Assembly (NCBI GenBank): GCA_903877885.1
Contig: CAIRFN010000006.1
Location: 86,054 to 150,053, forward strand
From: an uncultured Candidatus Berkelbacteria bacterium
GTDB lineage: Bacteria; Patescibacteriota; UBA1384; UBA12157
Length of the DNA: 64,000 bases
Reading direction: 5' to 3'
Shown: positions 39,928 through 49,552 of the stretch, piece by piece
Layout of the letters: every line of letters starts with the position of its first letter
How positions within the stretch are numbered: position 1 is the stretch's first letter
The notes under the pieces: generated by a model
Seen by the model: the letters and a program-made list of their open reading frames with translations, nothing else
What the model was told of the DNA's origin: nothing
The model's database searches: none
Made by a program: the position numbers and the translations under genes

Positions 39928-41187
39928 ATGCAAAGAAACAATTCTCGCAGCAGCTTTGGTCGTAACCGAAGCTCAAACTTTAGATCAAACAGCGGTACAA
40001 CCACTCCAAGACCGTCTTTTCATGGTTCTGGAAATCGTGGTAATTTTGGTGGTGGTCGCAAATTTCGTGGTGAACGAATCGATATTTCCAAATTTATTAG
40101 AAAAGCGGTTATTCGTCCAGTTGTAGAAACCGTGGAAATTAAAAATACATTTTCTGATTTTGCGCTTTGTGCTCCGCTTTTGGACAACTTAAAACAAAGA
40201 AATTATTTAACGCCAACGCCAATTCAAGATCAATCGATTAACCATATCTTGGAAGGTCGCGACATTATTGGACTAGCTAACACTGGAACCGGTAAAACGG
40301 CTGCCTTTTTATTACCTTTAATCAACAAAGTTTTTTTAGACCCAAGCCAAAAAGTTTTAATTATCACTCCAACACGAGAATTAGCTTTTCAAATTGAAGA
40401 AGAATTACGCAAATTCTCTTGGGGAATGCGCATCTTTTTTGCTTGTTGTGTTGGTGGCGCGCCAATTTATAAACAAATTGGAAATTTACGCCGTAATCCA
40501 AATTTTGTCATCGGTACGCCCGGTCGTTTAAATGATATGATCGATCGTCACCAAATTCGTTTAAACGAATTTAACAATATTGTTTTGGACGAAGTTGATC
40601 GGATGTTGGACATGGGTTTTATTAATGTTATTACCGAAATGCTTAAAGCCATGCCAGCCGAACGACAATCCTTATTTTTCTCGGCTACTTTGCCGCTTAA
40701 AATCCGTGGTTTTATTGGTCAGTTTTTAAATAAGCCAGTGATGGTCGAAGTTAAAACCGGCGACACAGCCGAGCATGTTGATCAAGATGTTATTCGCTAT
40801 GAACGCGAAGAAACTAAATTGGATCACTTATCAAACTTACTGAAAGATCCAGAATTTAGTCGAGTTTTAATTTTCGCGGAAACAAAAATGGAAGTCGAGA
40901 AACTAACTTCCAGCCTTTTGTATGGTGGTTTCAAAGCCGAATCAATTCATTCTAATAAAAATCAATCTCAACGCTCCAGAACTTTGAGTCAATTTAAAAC
41001 TGGCGCAATTAATATTATGGTTGCCACTGACGTGGCCGCTCGAGGCTTAGACATCAAAGACGTTACTCATGTTATTAATTACACTATTCCGCAAACTTAT
41101 AATGATTATATTCATCGAATCGGTCGAACCGGTCGGGCCGACCGTATGGGCAAGGCCTTGACCTTCGTCCCACAAAACGTTTACTAA
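39928..41187 (+). CDS. DEAD/DEAH-box RNA helicase
   Basis: TGTGKT, PTRELA, DEVD, SAT and HRIGRTGR. Confidence 0.96.
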   Translation: MQRNNSRSSFGRNRSSNFRSNSGTTTPRPSFHGSGNRGNFGGGRKFRGERIDISKFIRKAVIRPVVETVEIKNTFSDFALCAPLLDNLKQRNYLTPTPIQDQSINHILEGRDIIGLANTGTGKTAAFLLPLINKVFLDPSQKVLIITPTRELAFQIEEELRKFSWGMRIFFACCVGGAPIYKQIGNLRRNPNFVIGTPGRLNDMIDRHQIRLNEFNNIVLDEVDRMLDMGFINVITEMLKAMPAERQSLFFSATLPLKIRGFIGQFLNKPVMVEVKTGDTAEHVDQDVIRYEREETKLDHLSNLLKDPEFSRVLIFAETKMEVEKLTSSLLYGGFKAESIHSNKNQSQRSRTLSQFKTGAINIMVATDVAARGLDIKDVTHVINYTIPQTYNDYIHRIGRTGRADRMGKALTFVPQNVY

Positions 41188-41197
41188 GAAATAAAGC

Positions 41198-41242
41198 AAA
41201 CCAATAAAAAACCAACCTCCGGGGTTGGTTTTTTATTGGTTT
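41198..41242. terminator. Bidirectional intrinsic terminator
   Basis: Long inverted repeat AAACCAATAAAAAACCAACC/GGTTGGTTTTTTATTGGTTT between convergent genes. Confidence 0.88.
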
Positions 41243-41251
41243 AAAATATTT

Positions 41252-42703
41252 TTAAATTTTTCCGAGATCTAAAACATCATTAAATTTTATTTGGGCGACA
41301 AAGTCGGGCATGTGACTAACCATGATTACAGTACCGGAAAAATCATTAATAGCTTTGGCAATGACTGGCAAATGTCTAAAGTTGATGTGGTTAGTTGGTT
41401 CATCTAAAATCAAAAGTCCCGGTTGCATTAAAACGAGTCGAGCAAAACTCAAAAGTCCTTTTTGTCCTTCAGAGAGCTCACTGATTTTTCGGCCCATCAA
41501 ATCGCCAGTGATTAAAAAGCCGGCGGCGACCGATCGAAGTGTCTGTTCGTCAGTACCTTCAAGCAAAATTGAAGTTAAGGACTCAAAAACGGTTTGGTCA
41601 AAATCTAAATTGGAAAAATCTTGGCTGTAATAACCAACGCGAACTCCGTCTAAAATTTTAGCGTGTTCGTTTTTGCCACTGACCAAACTGCGTAAAAATG
41701 TGCTTTTGCCAACGCCGTTTGGACCAGCGACTAAAAGATGCATTTTCTTACGTAATTTAAGATCAACCTTTTTCATCTGTGGCTCGTGATTGCGAATGAC
41801 TTTGATGGCATCAATTTCCACAATATTACCAACAATGTCTTGGACTTCAATGTCAAAATTTCGAATGGTGCGATCTTCGCGACGGACATCCACCATATTT
41901 TCTTCCATATCGGCCGCTTCGTCTTTGAGTTTTTTAGCCAGCTGGCGCATTTTTCCACCTTTGTGGGCGAAAAAGTTAACCTTCTCTTTACGGTCGATAA
42001 TCGAACGGTGCAGTTGAGCATTTTTCATTTGTTCGCGCTCAATTCGCTTGGTGATTTCCAAGACGACGGAATAATAATCGCCAACATAGGTTTCAATTTT
42101 GTGAGTAAAATTATCCAAATAAATAACACCTTCGGTAAAACAATTCAAAAAGTCAGCGTCATGAGAAATCACAATCACGGTTTTTGGGTACATGACCAAA
42201 AATTCAATCAAATGGTCGATGCCGGCTTGATCTAAATTATTGGTCGGCTCGTCGAGTAATAAAATATCGGAATTTTGAATTAAGGCAAATGAAAGTAATA
42301 ATCGCGCTTGTTGACCACCGGAAAGTTCACCAACTTTTCGTTCGGTCGGGACATCTAAGTTAACCGCAGTCATCACCTTATACATTCGGCTTTGCAAATC
42401 ATTTGGAGTTTCGTCAAAGGCTTTGGTAAAATATTCGGTGACGGTTAAATCTAAATCTTCGCGAGCTACAACCTGACGGGCAGTCGCAATTGAAGCGTGA
42501 TTAGTGACGGAAACTTGACCGGCTTTAGGTTTTAATTCGCCAGTGATTAATTTAAATAGAGAACTTTTGCCAGCGCCATTTTGGCCCATCAAAGTAATTT
42601 TGGCTGATTGGCGCACCGAAAAACTAGCGCCACTTAAAATTGGCTTGTCATGAACATATTCAAAATCAACTTCGTCGAATCGTAAAATTACTTCTTCTGG
42701 CAT
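41252..42703 (-). CDS. ABC-F family ATPase
   Basis: Two ABC domains (GQNGAGKS, LSGGQ, LDEPTNNLD; GPNGVGKS, LDEPTNH) and no TM segments. Confidence 0.92.
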   Translation of the reverse strand: MPEEVILRFDEVDFEYVHDKPILSGASFSVRQSAKITLMGQNGAGKSSLFKLITGELKPKAGQVSVTNHASIATARQVVAREDLDLTVTEYFTKAFDETPNDLQSRMYKVMTAVNLDVPTERKVGELSGGQQARLLLSFALIQNSDILLLDEPTNNLDQAGIDHLIEFLVMYPKTVIVISHDADFLNCFTEGVIYLDNFTHKIETYVGDYYSVVLEITKRIEREQMKNAQLHRSIIDRKEKVNFFAHKGGKMRQLAKKLKDEAADMEENMVDVRREDRTIRNFDIEVQDIVGNIVEIDAIKVIRNHEPQMKKVDLKLRKKMHLLVAGPNGVGKSTFLRSLVSGKNEHAKILDGVRVGYYSQDFSNLDFDQTVFESLTSILLEGTDEQTLRSVAAGFLITGDLMGRKISELSEGQKGLLSFARLVLMQPGLLILDEPTNHINFRHLPVIAKAINDFSGTVIMVSHMPDFVAQIKFNDVLDLGKI

Positions 42704-42709
42704 GGTTTT

Positions 42710-42745
42710 TGTCATTGCGATCCGCCGGCTGGCGGAGTGGCAATC
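42710..42745. repeat. TGTCATTGCGA..GCAATC mini-repeat carrying a TCCGCC/GGCGGA hairpin
   Basis: TGTCATTGCGA[TCCGCCGGCTGGCGGA]GTGGCAATC. Confidence 0.65.
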
Positions 42746-42845
42746 CTTCAATTAAATAAAATGGCGTATTCTTTACGCCAATAAAAATAGTATATCATAA
42801 AAATCGTCGAAAGTCCAGCTTTAAGTAATAAAAAACCGCTTATTG

Positions 42846-43466
42846 CTAAGCGGTCTGATTTTTATTGAATGGTAGTTGTTCTAATAGCTGTTCGTGAATT
42901 TTAGTATGCCTCAACCAGATTATTTTTTTAATAATTAATGGTAATTTCTTGGTTTTTAAGAAGAAAAGATTCTGCCATGTTTGGGCTGAAATCATTTCTT
43001 CCAGATGACCTTGGATTAAATCAACTTGGTAGAAATTAGCAAAGCCAAACAAAGTTTCGGTGATTGAGCTAATACTGGCTCTAATCTCTGGTTCTGGTCC
43101 TGGTTCATCTTGATCGGCTAAGCGTCGAATTTTTTCACTTTGTTCGATCAGTGAGAAAAATCGAGTCAACGGGTCAAAACTTTCGGTGGAAACAATATTG
43201 ACAGTTTCCGGAAAATCTAACTCATTAATATAACAAAACCGAATCAAGACAAAGAGGATATCGGAAAGTTCATCGACTAATTTGTGTCGAGATTTTTGTC
43301 CATGGCGATATTTTTCCCAAATTGTCAGCATTCTTCCAAGCGAACCGATCTCTGTGACTAATTCCAAAAAAGTGGTGTCATTGGTCCAGATTCTCGGTTC
43401 AATCTTGTCAAAACCTTTGATCGTTGGGATCGAAGCTTCGATTAGTTGATCGATGTTAATGGTCAT
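42846..43466 (-). CDS. MazG-like all-alpha NTP pyrophosphohydrolase
   Basis: ELVTEIGSL...LVDELSDILFVL motif. Confidence 0.6.
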   Translation of the reverse strand: MTINIDQLIEASIPTIKGFDKIEPRIWTNDTTFLELVTEIGSLGRMLTIWEKYRHGQKSRHKLVDELSDILFVLIRFCYINELDFPETVNIVSTESFDPLTRFFSLIEQSEKIRRLADQDEPGPEPEIRASISSITETLFGFANFYQVDLIQGHLEEMISAQTWQNLFFLKTKKLPLIIKKIIWLRHTKIHEQLLEQLPFNKNQTA

Positions 43467-44733
43467 TTTTTTCTCCTAACAAATCGACAAAGCAGTAAGG
43501 ATCTTCGCCATTTAGTTTGCCGGTGGCAAAATAGGCGCCGATTGGGCAGGTGCCAAAGCACTTTTTAGTCCAATATTGGCAAGAGAAACATTTTTCCGGT
43601 TTACAGGATTTAAGTTGGCGATAATTCTGCCAGGTTGGTGACTCGTGCCAGATTTTCAGCAGGCTTTCTTCAAGCAAATTACCAGCCACAAACAAGCTTT
43701 TTTCTAAGTCTGTTAGCAACTCCATTTTTTGGACTGGAGCGACTTCACAAGGAAAAACATTGCCTTGTGGTGAAACAAAAGCAAATTCTCGGCCCGCCGG
43801 ACAAGCGTGAATTCTGGGTACAATCGGGTGGGCCGGCAGATTTTCAGTGGACAATAAATCAAAATCCATTACCACTTTAGCTTTAGGATATTTTTTGCGC
43901 CAACCTTCAACCAGTCGATTGAATTCGAGTGTTTCGGCCGCGGTCAACATTTGCTTCTGAACTTCTTCATTGGCACCGCGGCCGAATGGCCTTGGATGAA
44001 TAAAATCGATCAAAAGTAAATCTAATTGCTGACAGAGTGCTAATAGTGGCTCGACTGATTGATAATTAAGACGGGACAAAACCGTGTTGATTCTGACTTT
44101 GGGAATTCCCGCCGCTTTCAAACGGCTGATTGTTGCCACAGTCTGGTCATACGATCCGCCGGGCCGGAAATTGTCATTAATCTTTTTCGGGCCGTCGAGC
44201 GAAATAATCACATCGTCGATTTGGCGTTTGCAAATTTCATGAGTTAATTCATCAGTCCAAACGCCATTACTGGCTAGGCTGGTGTAAAAACCCAATTCAA
44301 TGGCATAGTCCAAAATCTCCAAAAAGTCTGGTCGCATAGTTGGTTCTCCGCCAGTTAAACGCGCTTCGAACACGCCGACGCGATGCATCTCATCCAGAAC
44401 TTTTTTCCAGTCTTCGGTGGTCATTTCGTTTTCCAAGGCTTGACCCGCCCCGTTGTAACACATTTTGCAACGCAGGTTACATTTACGAGTTAAAACCAAG
44501 TAAAGGCGATTTGGTGCCATAATGGTTTGACTGGGATACACTCCTTGAAAAGTCTGGTGAGAGTCGCTGTTTGAATCTCCGGCTTGACAGAAAAAGCAGT
44601 TGTCTTGGTTTAGGAATGTTTCTGCCTCTTCGCTTGAGCAAGTGAAAAATCGGCGACTGACTGCATCAAATACAGTGAAATAGGAACTAATAGCCAGTTC
44701 TTGTCTGGCTCGATATCGTAGTTTACTCATCAT
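43456..44733 (-). CDS. Radical SAM/SPASM domain protein
   Basis: CNLRCKMC, TGGEP, CPAG..G.VFPC and C..C....C...C in the C-terminal part. Confidence 0.93.
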   Translation of the reverse strand: MMSKLRYRARQELAISSYFTVFDAVSRRFFTCSSEEAETFLNQDNCFFCQAGDSNSDSHQTFQGVYPSQTIMAPNRLYLVLTRKCNLRCKMCYNGAGQALENEMTTEDWKKVLDEMHRVGVFEARLTGGEPTMRPDFLEILDYAIELGFYTSLASNGVWTDELTHEICKRQIDDVIISLDGPKKINDNFRPGGSYDQTVATISRLKAAGIPKVRINTVLSRLNYQSVEPLLALCQQLDLLLIDFIHPRPFGRGANEEVQKQMLTAAETLEFNRLVEGWRKKYPKAKVVMDFDLLSTENLPAHPIVPRIHACPAGREFAFVSPQGNVFPCEVAPVQKMELLTDLEKSLFVAGNLLEESLLKIWHESPTWQNYRQLKSCKPEKCFSCQYWTKKCFGTCPIGAYFATGKLNGEDPYCFVDLLGEKNDH

Positions 44734-45620
44734 ACGCTCACTTTCTCGAGTTGGTCGATAAACCAGGCCTCGAAGTCCAGCGCGGCCGAACTGCCGCTTT
44801 CCACTGCCACGTCCAGTAAATGATCTAAATACTGGTCGTAGGTTGTGGCATTGTATTCTTCCAGAGTTTTACAAAAACTCAAACCGAAAACTTCGGCCGC
44901 GCCAAATTTGAAATTGGCGTTGTTGGGAAAAGATTTAATCCGCGGTAAAACATAGGTGACTCCATTGTAAAACAACGGATTATACGGTCTGTCAATCTGG
45001 CATATAGTGTTAAAAACTTGGTTTTGACCGATTCGATCAATGGTGGAAATTTCCATAATTTGAATCGGAAAATCCAGTCGCCTGATGGTCAAATGCGGAT
45101 TAGTGTAGGCGATTCCAGTTATTTCGTTTTTAATTGCTGGTAAACCGTTTTCCACAAAAATTGATTGAGCGTGAAAATGAGGTTCAAAACTGGCGCCAGA
45201 ATTTTTCATATTGCAAAACACACTTGAACCGCATTGAGTTGAAAATTCTCTCAGAAATCGGAAGTCTTTGACTTTTGGATTCGGTCGATGCTCGTCAGTC
45301 AAAATTAAATAATGACAAATCGCCGAGCAACGGGGATGAAGCAGAAATGTCATATGATCGGATTTCGCGGTTTTAATTAAACCCGAGCCGGTTTCTTCCG
45401 GATCGCAGAGAAAACAGATTTGCTTACCGTTAGCGTCAAATTGTGGTATTGCTTGGGTTAAATACCATTTTTCAATATTTTGCGAATAAATTACGGTCAA
45501 ATATTGTCTTTTTGTCGGATCTTCTGGCCGCAAGATTTTGCGCTTGCAGACATCGTCTTTCATGGTTTGACCATGAACTTGTTCCCAGGTTTCGCGTAGA
45601 ACCGTATTTAAATCTGGCAT
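44730..45620 (-). CDS. HIT/GalT-superfamily nucleotidyl phosphorylase-like protein
   Basis: CFLC and GASFEPHFHAQ (HxHxQ). Confidence 0.7.
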   Translation of the reverse strand: MPDLNTVLRETWEQVHGQTMKDDVCKRKILRPEDPTKRQYLTVIYSQNIEKWYLTQAIPQFDANGKQICFLCDPEETGSGLIKTAKSDHMTFLLHPRCSAICHYLILTDEHRPNPKVKDFRFLREFSTQCGSSVFCNMKNSGASFEPHFHAQSIFVENGLPAIKNEITGIAYTNPHLTIRRLDFPIQIMEISTIDRIGQNQVFNTICQIDRPYNPLFYNGVTYVLPRIKSFPNNANFKFGAAEVFGLSFCKTLEEYNATTYDQYLDHLLDVAVESGSSAALDFEAWFIDQLEKVSV

Positions 45621-45746
45621 TTTCGTTTCCCCCTGATTGTTAAGGTATCTCATCCTGATTCCAATCTTCAATTTTAATTCAAGATTGGAATAAAAACCGG
45701 AGAACTTTGAAAGTCTCCGGATCTCTAAATTTACTTCAGAGATTGA

Positions 45747-47120
45747 TTAAAGATATTTTTTGTAGCAGTAAGGGTCCTGGCCATAGAGTTTGCTATTTTC
45801 GATTCGGCCACCGTTGGCAATAACCATTGCTCGGCATTTGCCTTCGCATTGCTTCATATAGAATCGACAACCGTGGCAACCGACCTTCTTGGTATTGCGG
45901 AAGTGTTCCATCGATGGGTGAAGCCAGGCTTCTTGAACTGAAGTATCGATTAAGTTCGGTCCTTTAAATTCCGGTTCATCCATCAGGAAACTGCAGGCGT
46001 TGACCGAGCCGTCAGGGCAAAGCCCAAAACCGGTTGAAAGCGCGCCGCAATCCGAATAATTGAATGGGTAAGGCAGCTCGCTTTTATCCGGGTAGTCGGG
46101 TGAGAAGCAATCCATGTTCTTGTGGATAATTTTGATACCCGATTCGCGGATGAACGTCGTTTCTCTTGTTTGTTGAACCGCTCGGCAAAATTCCATATAT
46201 TCCTCGGTGCTCAACATGGTGTCGGGAAGCCCCGTGGTACTGCGACCATATGGCCGCAGAGGCACAAAGTTCAGGTTATAACCATGCTGTGCGGCTAAAC
46301 TGGCGACATAAGGCATTTCTATTGCGTTATCGCGAGCTACGGTCATATTGATAGTGACACCGATGGTTTTCTGGTGACAACGGTTATAGTGATCCAGAAA
46401 ATCGAAAGTCCACATGATTTTGCTAAACGTGCCGAGATTGCGACGTTTGTCATTGGTTTCTTCAGTGCCTTCCAGGGAAATGATGACTTCGTCGACTCCG
46501 GCATCAGTAATATCTTTGGCTACTTGCTCGCTCCAACAGCCGTTGGTATTGAGCATCACGGCCATGCCTAAACTTTTGGCATAAGCAATAGCTTGGGGTA
46601 AGTCGTCGCAAGAAGTCGCTTCGCCGCCGGTAAAACGCCATTCCATGGTGCCAGCGAGATAAAATTTATCCATAATCTGCATTGTTTGTCCTAATGTTCG
46701 CCGGTGACTGTCAGCATTTTTGCTGGCCGCCAAACAACATTGGGGGCAATCCAGATTGCATTGTCGAGTGTAAGTGTCATAGACGCGAAGCGGGGCACTC
46801 AAACAATGTTGGGGGATAATTGGGTTTCGAACTAATCGGGTTTTGCCATTGTAAACACAGTTAACATAATCGTTATCCATGATTTCCAAGGCACCCATAT
46901 CCACAAAGCGCATAATTTCGGCGCGATCATAACCATATTTAATTAAATCTGGTATGTGTACGCCGTATGATCCGCAATGTTTAGTGATATGATCAGCTTG
47001 CAATATTTCCGCTACCATTTTATAGGTTCTGTCATCCAAAACATCGCAGCGGATTTTTTGAGCATCATGTAAGATGCCACCGAAATACTCTTTTCGAAGG
47101 GTAAAGCGCGTAGTTATCAT
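45747..47120 (-). CDS. Radical SAM/SPASM domain protein
   Basis: CNLDCPQC, TGGE, CGA..DGSVNAC and CHGC..C.GKCR..DPYC. Confidence 0.93.
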   Translation of the reverse strand: MITTRFTLRKEYFGGILHDAQKIRCDVLDDRTYKMVAEILQADHITKHCGSYGVHIPDLIKYGYDRAEIMRFVDMGALEIMDNDYVNCVYNGKTRLVRNPIIPQHCLSAPLRVYDTYTRQCNLDCPQCCLAASKNADSHRRTLGQTMQIMDKFYLAGTMEWRFTGGEATSCDDLPQAIAYAKSLGMAVMLNTNGCWSEQVAKDITDAGVDEVIISLEGTEETNDKRRNLGTFSKIMWTFDFLDHYNRCHQKTIGVTINMTVARDNAIEMPYVASLAAQHGYNLNFVPLRPYGRSTTGLPDTMLSTEEYMEFCRAVQQTRETTFIRESGIKIIHKNMDCFSPDYPDKSELPYPFNYSDCGALSTGFGLCPDGSVNACSFLMDEPEFKGPNLIDTSVQEAWLHPSMEHFRNTKKVGCHGCRFYMKQCEGKCRAMVIANGGRIENSKLYGQDPYCYKKYL

Positions 47121-47130
47121 GGTCCACCTC

Positions 47131-48117
47131 CTACAGTGTCCAGTTCGGGTCTTTGGCAAAGAGTTTATCAATCAAGACTTGATAGCTGGAAAACCAGCTT
47201 TCTTTAGTCGCCAGGCAAATACCGCAACAAGCTAAGTCGGCATGGCCATCTAAACTTGATTGGCGAATCGCTTGGAATTTGTCGTTTTGCCAAATTCTGG
47301 CAATCGTCTGGTCAGGATCATTTAAATCTCCAACCAGATCGTGATCAGCCCAATCATTGAAACAAGCGTTAACTTGTCCCCAGGGATTGATGGAAAATCT
47401 TGTCCAAAGTTGTGCACAAGGCACAACTTTACTTCTGTCTTGATCGCCAATTGGCGCCAACCGTCCACCATAGGTATGGTAGGGACGAACAATTGTCATA
47501 TCGGCCAGCTTATTCCAGTAATTCAAAAAAGTTTCTTTCTCTTCCTGGAATTCCGGACAATCAACGGCCGAAACAATAATGCGGGTTTGATAACCACCGC
47601 TGTTACGCAACCGAATTAAATTAATGGCATTTTTAACTACCGTTTGAAAATAATTCGTGCCACGAAACTGTTGGTACAATTTTTCGCTAGCCGCATCAAT
47701 GCTTAATTCCAGTAGATCGATGCCAGTATCCAGAAGATTTCTGGCATAGGTGTCGTCCAAAAGGATTACATTGGTAAAACTAGTAACTCTTTTTACACCG
47801 GCTTTTTTGGCATACTTAGCCATATCAATGTAATGCGGGTGCATTAGTGGTTCGCCTCGGCCGTGAAAACGGAGAATTGACCACGGGTATTTTGCAATCT
47901 CGTCAGCGATTTTGGGAAAGAGTTTCCATGGAAAAAATGCCTTTTTCCGGGGATCGAATTCTCCAGTTTTATCTTGTCCCATTTGACCGCGGCGAGACAG
48001 TCCCACCGGGCATTTAAGACAATTGCTGTTGCAAATGTAATGCTCTAAAGCAATTTGAACGACAACAGGAAATTCCTGCTCTTCACTGGTTTGAAAACCA
48101 TAGCTGAAATCTTTCAT
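47131..48117 (-). CDS. Radical SAM protein with a SPASM/twitch domain
   Basis: CNSNCLKC, GRGEPLMHP, PCAQLW..GQVNACFND and CGIC. Confidence 0.92.
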   Translation of the reverse strand: MKDFSYGFQTSEEQEFPVVVQIALEHYICNSNCLKCPVGLSRRGQMGQDKTGEFDPRKKAFFPWKLFPKIADEIAKYPWSILRFHGRGEPLMHPHYIDMAKYAKKAGVKRVTSFTNVILLDDTYARNLLDTGIDLLELSIDAASEKLYQQFRGTNYFQTVVKNAINLIRLRNSGGYQTRIIVSAVDCPEFQEEKETFLNYWNKLADMTIVRPYHTYGGRLAPIGDQDRSKVVPCAQLWTRFSINPWGQVNACFNDWADHDLVGDLNDPDQTIARIWQNDKFQAIRQSSLDGHADLACCGICLATKESWFSSYQVLIDKLFAKDPNWTL

Positions 48118-48128
48118 CTCAACCTCCT

Positions 48129-49406
48129 TTAGCGGTTGTCTGGTAACGTTTGGGCCCAGCTTCGTTGGAGTTTTCGCTCCATGGTCTCGATGACCAAATC
48201 ACGCCAAACCTCCACATCCTGTGGTGTAAAATATTCGGTTTGGACAACATAACAAGTGCTCCTGCCTCGACCGACTTGAATATATTTACTGTAATCGCGG
48301 TCAATTGTGGCGCCATATGCCTCGGGATTTTCCCAGACTGCTGTTCCCGGATAGGGAATAAACGGATAAACCACGAATTCATCAAACGGACAATTTTTTA
48401 ATCCTTCAATAGATTCGTAGATAGTTTCTTCTGTTTCACCAGGAAAACCAACCAGAATATAAATTCTAACTTTTAATCCGGCGGCTTTGGCGTTTTGAAT
48501 GGCTTTTAGATTAGTCTCGGCTCGAGTTTGTTTTCCCAAAATAGAAAGCATTTTATTAGACATACTTTCCACACCAATAGCGACATGACGACAACCACTT
48601 TGAGCTAACTGCTCGCAGGCGGTTGAGTTTAAGTTATTGGCTCTGGCAAAAACTCGATAGAGAATATCTAGCGGCGCAATTGCTTTGGTCATTTCGGTAA
48701 TACGATGCGGCGAAAAGGTAAATAAGTCATCACTAAAACGGAAATTGGTTGTGCCGAAATTCGCGTTTAAACTTTGAATTTCAGTGACAACATTTTCCGG
48801 TGAGCGAAATCTTAATTGACCTCGACTAAACACCAGGCTGTTACAAAATTTGCAATTGTATGGACAACCCCGGCTAGAAATCAAACTAATACTTGGTTTT
48901 GTCTCTACAATTCGATTGTAACTAGCTAAATCGGTCAAATCATAATTTGGAAAAGGTAATCGATCTAAATCCTGAAGTGGTTGACCAACTAAAATACCTT
49001 TGGCTAGATAGCCATTGGCTTTGTAATTGGTAATTACTTCAGGAAAAGTTTGATCAGCCTCGCCAGTAATAATTAAATCAAAATCTTTGGCCGATTCGAC
49101 AGCAAGCGCACTAACATGCGGCCCGCCAGCAATAGTTAAAGCTTGCGGGTTAATATTTTGCAATATTAAATTTTTTATTTCCAAAGTTCGCGCGTAAGTT
49201 ACCGAATAAGTCGAGAAAGCATAAATTTTAGCGGCAGGGATTTGTTCGAGCCACTTGGTTGAGTCGAGGCCTGACAGATCGCAGATCTGACAAGAAATGC
49301 CCATTTTTTGAACAAGAGTGGCCAGGTAAAGAATGCCGAGTGGCGCTTCAAGCCGATCGTCATTTAATTCCGGGCACGGTGTGTTGACGAAAACTACGTC
49401 ACGCAT
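48129..49406 (-). CDS. B12-binding domain radical SAM protein
   Basis: PLGILYLA, AGGPH, TGEA, SRGCPYNCKFC, GVES, GFPGET and PYPGT. Confidence 0.94.
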   Translation of the reverse strand: MRDVVFVNTPCPELNDDRLEAPLGILYLATLVQKMGISCQICDLSGLDSTKWLEQIPAAKIYAFSTYSVTYARTLEIKNLILQNINPQALTIAGGPHVSALAVESAKDFDLIITGEADQTFPEVITNYKANGYLAKGILVGQPLQDLDRLPFPNYDLTDLASYNRIVETKPSISLISSRGCPYNCKFCNSLVFSRGQLRFRSPENVVTEIQSLNANFGTTNFRFSDDLFTFSPHRITEMTKAIAPLDILYRVFARANNLNSTACEQLAQSGCRHVAIGVESMSNKMLSILGKQTRAETNLKAIQNAKAAGLKVRIYILVGFPGETEETIYESIEGLKNCPFDEFVVYPFIPYPGTAVWENPEAYGATIDRDYSKYIQVGRGRSTCYVVQTEYFTPQDVEVWRDLVIETMERKLQRSWAQTLPDNR

Positions 49407-49460
49407 TTGTTCCCCCTTCGACCCTTAAGCTTTTAAGGTTCATCGAAATTGAACACCTTC

Positions 49461-49488
49461 AGTATAGTCTCTTTTGTCAATCTGTCAA
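49461..49488 (-). promoter_or_regulatory. Sigma70-like promoter for the radical SAM cluster
   Basis: Minus strand reads TTGACA-16 nt-TATACT. Confidence 0.55.
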
Positions 49489-49552
49489 GAGGGTAAAGTT
49501 AAAAATTAAAAGTGTTTATTGTGAAATCGACGGATATTAAAAAAAGCGGTGT

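Noticed and set aside
42704-42751. N-terminal extension MKDCHSASRRIAMTKT of the ABC-F protein
   Set aside because: It derives from a palindromic repeat; the true start is probably 42703 or 42715.
48119-48385. RiPP precursor peptide for the SPASM enzymes
   Set aside because: The ORF lies almost entirely within the B12 radical SAM gene in another frame and has no precursor-like features.
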